Positions 56,827 through 64,000 of a DNA stretch of 64,000 nt are shown here, piece by piece. The stretch lies in contig JBNKBE010000025.1 in the NCBI GenBank assembly GCA_050287085.1, forward strand, positions 19,097 through 83,096, written 5' to 3'. Numbering within the stretch: the stretch's first letter is position 1; each line of letters opens with the position of its first letter. A program made the translations under genes and the position numbers. The notes under the pieces were generated by a model, which ran no database searches, was not told the DNA's origin, and was given only the letters and a program-made list of their open reading frames with translations. The stretch is from Polyangiaceae bacterium. Lineage in GTDB: Bacteria > Myxococcota_A > Polyangia > Polyangiales > Polyangiaceae.

Positions 56827-58004
56827 GTGAACCCGGTGTTCGAGGTCCCGCGATGAGCCCCAGACTCAAGCGACTGCTGCTGGCGCTCGGCTTCTTGTCG
56901 ACAACCGTAGCTGCGGCTCTTGCCTACCCTGCTGCCGTGCGATTCGACGCCTTCCTAGGGGCGACGTTTGAGTACCCCTATGTCCTGCTGGCACTATGCC
57001 TTGTTCCGATCGTGCTGTGGCGAAGTACGTGGGGCGAAGATCGGCGCTCCGTGCGTCTACGTCTGGGAACCACGAGCCCGCTCATCTGCGGGCCTGTCGG
57101 GTTCCGCGTCTGGCTGCGGGATTTGCCCGGCATCGTCCGCAGCGTCGCACTCGCGCTCCTGATCGTAGCCCTGGCGCGACCGCTGAATAGCGTCGTGCCC
57201 ACCAAGACTAGCGACGAGGGCATCGACGCGATCCTCGTGCTGGACCTTTCCGGCTCGATGCAGGCGGTCATCGAGAACCTCCCGCCAGATCTGGCTGAGC
57301 TGGCTCCGCGCCCCTCACGACAGCTGCGCCCAACCCGACTCGATGCGGCCAAGGCCGTGATGCGCGACTTCATTTCGCGTCGCACCACGGACCGAATTGG
57401 TGTCGTGGTCTTCGGTACCGAAGCCTACGTCGTCAGCCCTCCAACACTCGACTACCAGCTATTGGACAAGCTGGTGTCCGGAATGCAGCTGGATCTTGTC
57501 AATCCTCAGGGAACGGCCATCGGCAACGCACTTGGAGTGGCGGTAGCGCGACTTCGCCGCAGCACCGCAGAGAGCAAGGCGATCATCCTGCTCACGGACG
57601 GCGACAACAACGCCGGCAACATCGATCCAGACTACGCCGCACACCTTGCGAACGTCGTGGGTGTACGCGTCTATCCGATCCAGATCGGGGATGGCTCGCT
57701 GGTAGACGTACAGACCGGCGTCGACCTCTTTGGCCAACCCCGCTACGAGAAGCAACGCTACCCCACCAACCCAGAGCTATTGGCTGGAATCGCCGAGAAG
57801 ACGGGTGGGGATATGTACATCGCCACCGATGCGAGCGCCCTACAGAAGAGCTTTCATGCTGTATTGGACAAGCTCGAAAAGACGGAGTTTGAAGCCAACG
57901 CAGCCACATTCGAAGATCTCTACCGCTTCCTATTGCTTCCAGGTGTTCTGCTGCTTGCCGCAGACGCCATCTTGCGCTCGCTGGTGCTCAGGAGGTTTCC
58001 ATGA
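56823..58004 (+). CDS. batA: BatA-like VWA domain membrane protein
   Basis: ALARP, DLSGS MIDAS, DRIGVVVF, PPTLD, GTAIG, LLTDG.NN.G. Confidence 0.88.
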   Translation: MSEPGVRGPAMSPRLKRLLLALGFLSTTVAAALAYPAAVRFDAFLGATFEYPYVLLALCLVPIVLWRSTWGEDRRSVRLRLGTTSPLICGPVGFRVWLRDLPGIVRSVALALLIVALARPLNSVVPTKTSDEGIDAILVLDLSGSMQAVIENLPPDLAELAPRPSRQLRPTRLDAAKAVMRDFISRRTTDRIGVVVFGTEAYVVSPPTLDYQLLDKLVSGMQLDLVNPQGTAIGNALGVAVARLRRSTAESKAIILLTDGDNNAGNIDPDYAAHLANVVGVRVYPIQIGDGSLVDVQTGVDLFGQPRYEKQRYPTNPELLAGIAEKTGGDMYIATDASALQKSFHAVLDKLEKTEFEANAATFEDLYRFLLLPGVLLLAADAILRSLVLRRFP

Positions 58005-59047
58005 GATTTGCCGCGCCGTTCTGGCTTTCCGGCTCCTTTCTGGCCCTGTTGGTATTGGGCTTCTTCATTCTGGGCGCCCTGTCCGGCGAGCGAGCACTCG
58101 CTCGTTTCGGACGCCGCGAAACATTGCTACCGCTGCTCACCAGCCAGGCAGGCGCACGGCGAGCGGTGAAAGCGGGTCTCGTCGTATTGGCCACAGCACT
58201 CGCCTTCGTTGCCCTCGCAGGCCCACAATACGGGCGCGGTACTCGACTGATCCCTGCGACGAATCTCGACTGTGTTGTCGTGCTGGACTACTCGAAGAGC
58301 ATGTACGCGCAGGATATCGCACCGAATCGAAGCGAACGCGCAAAAGCGGAAGTTGCGCGTCTGATTGCTGAACTTCCCGGCGCACGCTTCGGCGCGGTCG
58401 CATTCGCGGGTGAACCCGTCAGCTTTCCGCTCACCAGCGACGGCGGCGCCATCGCTCAGTTCTTTCGCCAACTGACCCCCAATGACATGCCCGTAGGTGG
58501 AACGGCCATCGCACGTGCCCTGGAGTCTGCTCGAGAATTGTTGCAGCGAGATCCGGTAGCAAAGCGCCACGAGAAAGTGATCGTGTTGGTGACCGATGGT
58601 GAAGATCTCGAGGGCGATCCGGTGGCCGTGGCGGAAGCCGCTTCTGGCGACAAGATCTCGGTGTCGGTCGTGCAGATCGGCACCCGCGCCCCCGAACCGC
58701 TGCCCGCCATCGACGAAGACGGTGTCTTCAAGGGCTATCGCCGGGGGCGGGACGGAAAACCCCTGACCACCTCGCTATCGGTGCAGGGCGAGAAGCAGCT
58801 TTCGCAGATCGCCGAGAAGGGTGGAGGCATCGTGGTGCGAGCTGAAGGAGGCAAGACCGGAATCGAAACCGTCGCGGCGTCGCTGCGACGACGTATGACC
58901 GAAGAACTCTCGGAACGAGTCGAAACCGTCTACGCCGATGTCTTTCACTACCCACTCGGTCTAGCCTTGGTATTGCTCCTGCTCGAGACATTCGTCTCGG
59001 CCGCTCCGATAAGAAAACGACTCATCTCTACCCAGGAGGCTCGGTGA
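58001..59047 (+). CDS. batB: BatB-like VWA domain membrane protein
   Basis: ALAGPQ.G, DYSKSM.A.D..P.R, FAG, PLT.D, TDGED. Confidence 0.88.
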   Translation: MRFAAPFWLSGSFLALLVLGFFILGALSGERALARFGRRETLLPLLTSQAGARRAVKAGLVVLATALAFVALAGPQYGRGTRLIPATNLDCVVVLDYSKSMYAQDIAPNRSERAKAEVARLIAELPGARFGAVAFAGEPVSFPLTSDGGAIAQFFRQLTPNDMPVGGTAIARALESARELLQRDPVAKRHEKVIVLVTDGEDLEGDPVAVAEAASGDKISVSVVQIGTRAPEPLPAIDEDGVFKGYRRGRDGKPLTTSLSVQGEKQLSQIAEKGGGIVVRAEGGKTGIETVAASLRRRMTEELSERVETVYADVFHYPLGLALVLLLLETFVSAAPIRKRLISTQEAR

Positions 59048-60177
59048 TGGTGCCGCTGCGCCAACTATTGGCCGCACTCGCGATCCTTTCTTTGTCGAGC
59101 GGATGCGAGAAGCTGGAACGGCAGTTGTTTACCCGGAAGTCGCCCGTCGTCGATACGGCCGTGGTAGGCATCGAGAGCGCAGACGCTGGCAGCGCGGCGC
59201 GTTCGCTCGCAGACTACCTCAGCACCGGTCCGTGCAAAGGGGGGAGCCTGGGCACTCCGGAGAGCGTAAGACAGCTCCCCAACGCCGCGTTCGATCTGGG
59301 CCTGGCTCTGTTTCAGCTGGCGGAACGCTACGGCCAAAAGTTTGGAGCCCCGGACGCCATGGTGGCCCCCAACTCCGGGGGCCTCAACGCAACACCGACT
59401 CCGACTCAGCCGTCGCCTGAACAGACAGCGCTGCTCGCCCAGCGTAGCCAACGCGTCGACTGCGCTTTGCGCCTCGTGCGCATCGTCGCGGCCAACACGG
59501 CTCTGCCCGCGGACATCCGAGCCGCTGCCTACTACTTGAGCGGCAACTTGGAGTTCTTGCGTCAAGACTACGATGCGGCGGTGGAGAGCTACGACGAAGC
59601 ACTTCACTTCTGGCCCGGTGGATTCAGTCTGCCCCAGGGACAGCTTGGCACCGATGCCGCGTGGAACCGCTCGATCGCGCTTCGCCGTATCCAAGAGGAA
59701 GAAGAGCGCAAGAAGAACGAGCCCCCTCCGGATGCAGGCGCTCCGAACTCGGATGGCGGACAGGACAGCAACTCGCAGGACGATGGCTCCCAAGAAGAGC
59801 AGGATGAGTCCCGGAACGAGGAGCAAGAGGACTCTGCCGACGACAAGGACCAGCAGGACCAGCAGGACCAGCAAGACCAGCAGGACCAGCAAGACCAGCA
59901 AGACCAGCAAGACCAGCAAGACCAGCAAGACCAGCAAGACCAGCAAGACCAGTCGCAGAACAAGTCACAGCCCCCGCCTGCACCGTCGAGCGCCAAAGAC
60001 GATGCCGAGCCCGCTCCCAGTGCAAAACCCAATGCACCCGCGCAAGCTAGCGCTGGGCCGCCTCCCCCATCGCTCAGTCAGGATCAACGACTCCTGGATG
60101 AATTGGAACGCGCTCCCATGCTTCAGGCACCGCGCGGACGACGCGGCGGCGCCGCCTCTGGGATGGAGGACAAGTGA
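59044..60177 (+). CDS. batC: BatC-like TPR protein with Gln/Asp-rich tail, predicted lipoprotein
   Basis: LSSGC lipobox, YY..GN..F…DY..A…Y..AL TPR, A.WN..IA, (DQQ)n. Confidence 0.75.
   Translation: MMVPLRQLLAALAILSLSSGCEKLERQLFTRKSPVVDTAVVGIESADAGSAARSLADYLSTGPCKGGSLGTPESVRQLPNAAFDLGLALFQLAERYGQKFGAPDAMVAPNSGGLNATPTPTQPSPEQTALLAQRSQRVDCALRLVRIVAANTALPADIRAAAYYLSGNLEFLRQDYDAAVESYDEALHFWPGGFSLPQGQLGTDAAWNRSIALRRIQEEEERKKNEPPPDAGAPNSDGGQDSNSQDDGSQEEQDESRNEEQEDSADDKDQQDQQDQQDQQDQQDQQDQQDQQDQQDQQDQQDQSQNKSQPPPAPSSAKDDAEPAPSAKPNAPAQASAGPPPPSLSQDQRLLDELERAPMLQAPRGRRGGAASGMEDK
59848..59952 (+). repeat. coding 9-bp tandem repeat GACCAGCAR, 11 copies + partial (DQQ)
   Basis: 105 bp, read directly. 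Confidence 0.95.
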
Positions 60178-62069
60178 AGCGCTTGGGCGCGCTGCAGCAA
60201 CCACTTGCGTTCATGGCGTTCGTGCTAGCCGCTACCTGGCTTAGCGAAACTGCATGGGCGCAGGTGCAGATCCAGACGCGCGTTAGCTCAAACGTCGTCG
60301 AGGTGGGACAAACGTTGTTCGTGGAAGGTGTGGCTATGTCGAACCAAGCCGCCCCTACGCAACCTCGCCTCAGGGTGCCGCAGGGCGTGACCGTGCGAGG
60401 CCCCTCCATAGGCTCCAACCACGCCATGTCGTTTGGAAGCGGTGGGATGGTGACTCAGCGAGGGATCACCGCCAAGTGGCAACTCGTCTTCTCCAAGGTC
60501 GGAAGCTATCAGCTCGGACCGATTTCGATGTTGACCGCCGACGGACGGATCGACGGCGATGTCGTCACGGTAAAGGTCGTCCCCGAAGGCAAGGGCCCCC
60601 GCCCAGCCAGACGACGGCGTTCCATCTTCGATGATGACTTCTTCCCCTCACATCCAAGCTCCATATTTGACGATCTTCTGAAAGATCTGCAACCGGCGAC
60701 GCCGCAAGCCCCGGCCGAGTATCAGCTGAATGTGCCGGCCCCAGGGCGCGATTTCCTGCGCGCTCTCACGGCTCCGCAACGGGTGGTAGTGGGCCAGCAG
60801 GTGACCTTGAAGATGCTGGCCTACCATGCAGGGGGTCGTTTCGGATTGGGGGTCGGACACGAAGCGCGCCATCCAGACTTCTACGCGCACGACCTACCTC
60901 GCAGCGGTCGCCCGCAATGGTACAACGTCAACATCGAGGGGGTGGATTACTCCGCCGTCGAGATCCGAGCCAAAGCGCTCTTCCCGCTCAAGGCCGGCGA
61001 GCTGGTGATTGGGCCGATGGACATGGAGTTTCGTGGCCCTGGACAACACCCAACGCAGCAGGGACCCGTGGCACGCAGTCAACCCGTTGCGATCCACGTG
61101 GTGGAGCCCCCCCTAGCCGGACGACCTCCTGGATATCAGCTAGGGGACGTCGGGGACTACACACTATCGGTCACCGTAGCCCCCCGCCGCATTCCGCGCG
61201 GAGGCTCCATCTCGGTTACGGCAAACCTTGAAGGCATCGGTAACGTACCCGCGCACCTGCTAACCCCTGACCAGAAAGGCGTGCAGTGGCTGCAGCCCAC
61301 GCTGCGCGAACACCTGGAGCTGAAGGCCGGCGACCGCGTGGGGGGAAATCGAACCTTCGTCTATGTGGTTGAGCTCGATCGCGAAGGCACAATCGACCTA
61401 GGTGAGCTACGCCTGCCCTACTACTCTCCGACCCGCCATCGCTACGAGACCGCACGCGTAGAGTTGGGTCGGGTCGTTGTCGAAGCGGGGGGCGCCGTAG
61501 CGCCAGCGGACACGCAGAAGGATCCCACTCCAAAGCTCTCAGCTCTCGTTCCGCCACGTTCACTGGGCACCACTCCAGAGCTTGGAATGACCCGCACCTG
61601 GGCCAGTCGACGCGGCTATTGGATCGCAGCGCTGCTGCCGCCATTGGGCGTAGCATTGGGTGGCCTGACGTTCCGCCGCGGGTCGGCTTGGCTTACGCGC
61701 CGCCGCAAGCGACAACACACCCCCGCGCGAGTCGCACGTGGGGCCGTGGCGGAGGCGGAAAACTCCCTGCGCAACGGCGACCGCAACGGAGCCCTCTCCA
61801 GCATCGAACGTGCGCTCTTCCTGGCGATAGAGGGGGCCTGTGGAACCCGAGCGCGAGGCATATTGCGCGCCGAACTCGCAGCGCGACTGACCGATTCCGG
61901 CTTGGACTCGCCCACCGCAGCCAAGCTGGTCGATACTCTCAACGCTTGCGAACAAGCTCGCTTTCAAAGCGATGCGAACGCCGCAGACGTGGTCGCCGAT
62001 GCCAAAGTGTTGGTGACAAGACTCACGAAGATGCGCGTTCCTGCGCCCACGTCAGGAGCGAACTCGTGA
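60174..62069 (+). CDS. batD: BatD-like protein
   Basis: Signal peptide, Ig-like repeats, LFP.K.G.L.I, G.VG.Y, G.GN, C-terminal TM helix; operon position. Confidence 0.85.
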   Translation: MKRLGALQQPLAFMAFVLAATWLSETAWAQVQIQTRVSSNVVEVGQTLFVEGVAMSNQAAPTQPRLRVPQGVTVRGPSIGSNHAMSFGSGGMVTQRGITAKWQLVFSKVGSYQLGPISMLTADGRIDGDVVTVKVVPEGKGPRPARRRRSIFDDDFFPSHPSSIFDDLLKDLQPATPQAPAEYQLNVPAPGRDFLRALTAPQRVVVGQQVTLKMLAYHAGGRFGLGVGHEARHPDFYAHDLPRSGRPQWYNVNIEGVDYSAVEIRAKALFPLKAGELVIGPMDMEFRGPGQHPTQQGPVARSQPVAIHVVEPPLAGRPPGYQLGDVGDYTLSVTVAPRRIPRGGSISVTANLEGIGNVPAHLLTPDQKGVQWLQPTLREHLELKAGDRVGGNRTFVYVVELDREGTIDLGELRLPYYSPTRHRYETARVELGRVVVEAGGAVAPADTQKDPTPKLSALVPPRSLGTTPELGMTRTWASRRGYWIAALLPPLGVALGGLTFRRGSAWLTRRRKRQHTPARVARGAVAEAENSLRNGDRNGALSSIERALFLAIEGACGTRARGILRAELAARLTDSGLDSPTAAKLVDTLNACEQARFQSDANAADVVADAKVLVTRLTKMRVPAPTSGANS

Positions 62070-63076
62070 GCCATGGCCCCCCAAGGCGGCGCAGCGAGAC
62101 TGACCGCGCCCAATCCCGCACGCTCTTGCTCGTTCTCCTCTTCGCCCTGACCCCTTTCTCCGTTTCAACAACCTTTGGGGCAAGCGCGACCCCGACGAAA
62201 AACACCGCGGCCGCACCCGAGCGAGCCGACGGCGAAGAAGCCTACGCGAAAGGGGACGATAACAAGGCCCGAGCGGCGCACGCTTCGACCCCTGCCCCCC
62301 CGCCAAGCGAGCTGGCAAGGCTTGCAGTCCAGAAGACCGAGCACGGCGCTTTCAGCGAAGCCATCGAGCTCTTCGAACGCCTATCCGATCAGGGCTATAC
62401 CTCCGCGGACCTAAGCTACAATCGCGCCAACGCATATCTCCAGCGAGCCGAGAGCCCCAAAGCAGAAGAGCGCGATTTAGGGCAAGCCGCAGCCGCTCTG
62501 CGCGAAGCGCAGACGCTCGGCGACGACCGCGCTTCCACGAACCGCGGCCTCGAAGAGGTGCACAAGGAAATCGCACGCCTCCGGGCCCAAGTCGGCAAAG
62601 ACCCTGTCGTGGCCCGCCCGGCGTTGGATCGCGCGTTGCTGGGCCTGCTACCGCTCAACGGTTGGGCGGCGCTCACTCTGGTGAGCACGCTGCTAACGTC
62701 GCTTGGCTTGTTGTTGTTGGGCGCTGCCCGTGGGACTCCCCGTCGCCTTCTGGGACAGGTGTTGTCGGTGGTGGGTGTTCTATTCTGGGCCCTATTTGCG
62801 TCGGGCACCTACCGGGCCGAGTCCCTGCGGACCCACTCCAGCGAAGCCGTGGTGGTAGCCTCGGAAGCGCGACTACTCGACGCCGGGGGCAAGGCGCTGA
62901 CGGCCAAGGCGCTGGACGCCAACACTGCAGCTATCCCCCAAGGGGCCAGCGTGTTCGTGACCGAGCGTCAGGGAGCTCTTGTCAAAGTCGAATGGGGAAC
63001 GCTCACAGCCTGGGTGTACGCCGACCGCCTGAGGTTGTTGGCGAACGCTCCAGCGCGCGCCCTGTCCCCCCGATAG
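62066..63076 (+). CDS. batE: BatE-like TPR / TM / SH3-like protein
   Basis: F.EAI..FE.L…G..SADL.YN.ANAY TPR, two TM helices, C-terminal G..V.V…G…KV…..AWV; GTG at 62066 overlaps batD stop. Confidence 0.75.
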   Translation: MSHGPPRRRSETDRAQSRTLLLVLLFALTPFSVSTTFGASATPTKNTAAAPERADGEEAYAKGDDNKARAAHASTPAPPPSELARLAVQKTEHGAFSEAIELFERLSDQGYTSADLSYNRANAYLQRAESPKAEERDLGQAAAALREAQTLGDDRASTNRGLEEVHKEIARLRAQVGKDPVVARPALDRALLGLLPLNGWAALTLVSTLLTSLGLLLLGAARGTPRRLLGQVLSVVGVLFWALFASGTYRAESLRTHSSEAVVVASEARLLDAGGKALTAKALDANTAAIPQGASVFVTERQGALVKVEWGTLTAWVYADRLRLLANAPARALSPR

Positions 63077-63295
63077 CGACGCTAGAAGGCGCCCGAAGCA
63101 CGGCCGTTTCAGGCGCGTAACCGGAAAGCAACGAGTCTGCAGCGATGCACAGCTGCCCGTTCGTGCAAGGTCATTTCACCGAGCGGTATCGACGAATGCA
63201 CTCATTGGCTAGCGGGCTCGTGCACAGGGCGTTTGGCACACGCGACCACGAGTCACAGGCGCTTGCCCGCTCCACAATCGTGCTACCCTAGCGGG

Positions 63296-63874
63296 GTGTG
63301 GGTTAGAACCTCTGCCATTCGGCCCGTGCCCGCCTTTGCTCGCGTCCCGGAGAGCGCCCTGGAACGCATCAGCTGGGAGCTGGTCTCATCCGAGGACACG
63401 TCCTCGATGCTCGATTCGGCGTTCGACCGCTTCGAGCGCGAGCAGCCCTGTCTGGCCGCCCACATCGGCGATATTCTAGACGCCCCGCTGGACGAGCGAG
63501 CGCTGGCGCTAGGTTACTTTCTCGCGCTGGCGATCTGGCTGGCCTTCGAGCGCACACATGGGGACTCTGTAGACCTAGTCTCCGCTGAATCGGTCCGGGC
63601 AACACAACTGTCGCTAGAGGTCGACGAGGAGTTGCGACGAGCCGACGCCAACGAAGCCCTCGACAGTGAAGATGTCATCAGCATGGAACAACCGGCGTTG
63701 ATGAGCTTCATTCACGAGAACGTTCGTTCAAGTCTCACGAGCGACAACGGTGATATGGACATGGATCACCTCGACACCATCTATCGAGTCGTCCTGGTCG
63801 AGTTGCTCTGTCTCTCGTATGCCGTAACTCAACCGGCAGGTTTTCCGATGGGGCTGGTAGAGGCCTACGCGTAG
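63296..63874 (+). CDS. acidic helical hypothetical protein
   Basis: Protein-like ORF with a repeated EQP.L…I motif; start uncertain. Confidence 0.75.
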   Translation: MWVRTSAIRPVPAFARVPESALERISWELVSSEDTSSMLDSAFDRFEREQPCLAAHIGDILDAPLDERALALGYFLALAIWLAFERTHGDSVDLVSAESVRATQLSLEVDEELRRADANEALDSEDVISMEQPALMSFIHENVRSSLTSDNGDMDMDHLDTIYRVVLVELLCLSYAVTQPAGFPMGLVEAYA

Positions 63875-63909
63875 CAACGCCCGAAACATCCCCGCGAAGC
63901 GTCCGCGCG

Positions 63910-64000
63910 CAGTTGCGGGCGCACAGTTGCGGGCGCACAGTTGCGGGCGCACAGTTGCGGGCGCACAGTTGCGGGCGCACAGTTGCGGGCGCACAGTTGC
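63910..64000. repeat. perfect 14-bp tandem repeat CAGTTGCGGGCGCA, at least 6.5 copies, truncated by the window end
   Basis: Units start at 63910, 63924, 63938, 63952, 63966, 63980 and 63994 (partial). Confidence 0.97.

Noticed and set aside
59065..59946. 293-aa minus-strand ORF starting with (LVL)n, looking like a membrane protein
   Set aside because: It is the antisense reading of the DQQ repeat in batC
61619..62065. 5' extension of the batE ORF overlapping batD
   Set aside because: The GTGA-coupled start at 62066 followed by a signal-like segment fits better
63910..64000. CRISPR array or iterons
   Set aside because: Units abut with no spacers, are only 14 bp, and no cas or rep gene is present

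Overview
GC-rich bacterial chromosomal region that looks like Myxococcota, probably Polyangiaceae-like. That call is inferred from the bactofilin triplet, FHA-sigma54 activator, DUF4388 and PilZ-like proteins, and many Cys-rich lipoproteins. It holds about 55 densely packed CDSs, mostly core genes: rnj, trxA, trmH-like, a three-gene bactofilin cluster, rlmI-like, a partial ATP synthase operon (b'-b-delta-alpha-gamma), folK, rluE, a ClpA/C-like ATPase, ruvA, comF, dsbD-like, ligD, mutS2 and a complete MoxR-DUF58-Bat operon. I found no rRNA, tRNA, CRISPR array, integrase, transposase or recognisable defence system, so I cannot claim a clear-cut new system. Best leads: (1) a ClpP-docking Clp ATPase with a degenerate first ATPase ring, near an HPD-less J-like protein; (2) a remodelled ATP synthase with a ~50-aa insertion in alpha, an extended b subunit and no atpD/atpC after atpG; (3) a bacNOP-like cluster without padC; (4) short tandem repeats starting exactly at stop codons, plus a 14-bp array running off the window end. 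Family calls come from motifs read by eye, and many start codons are best guesses.
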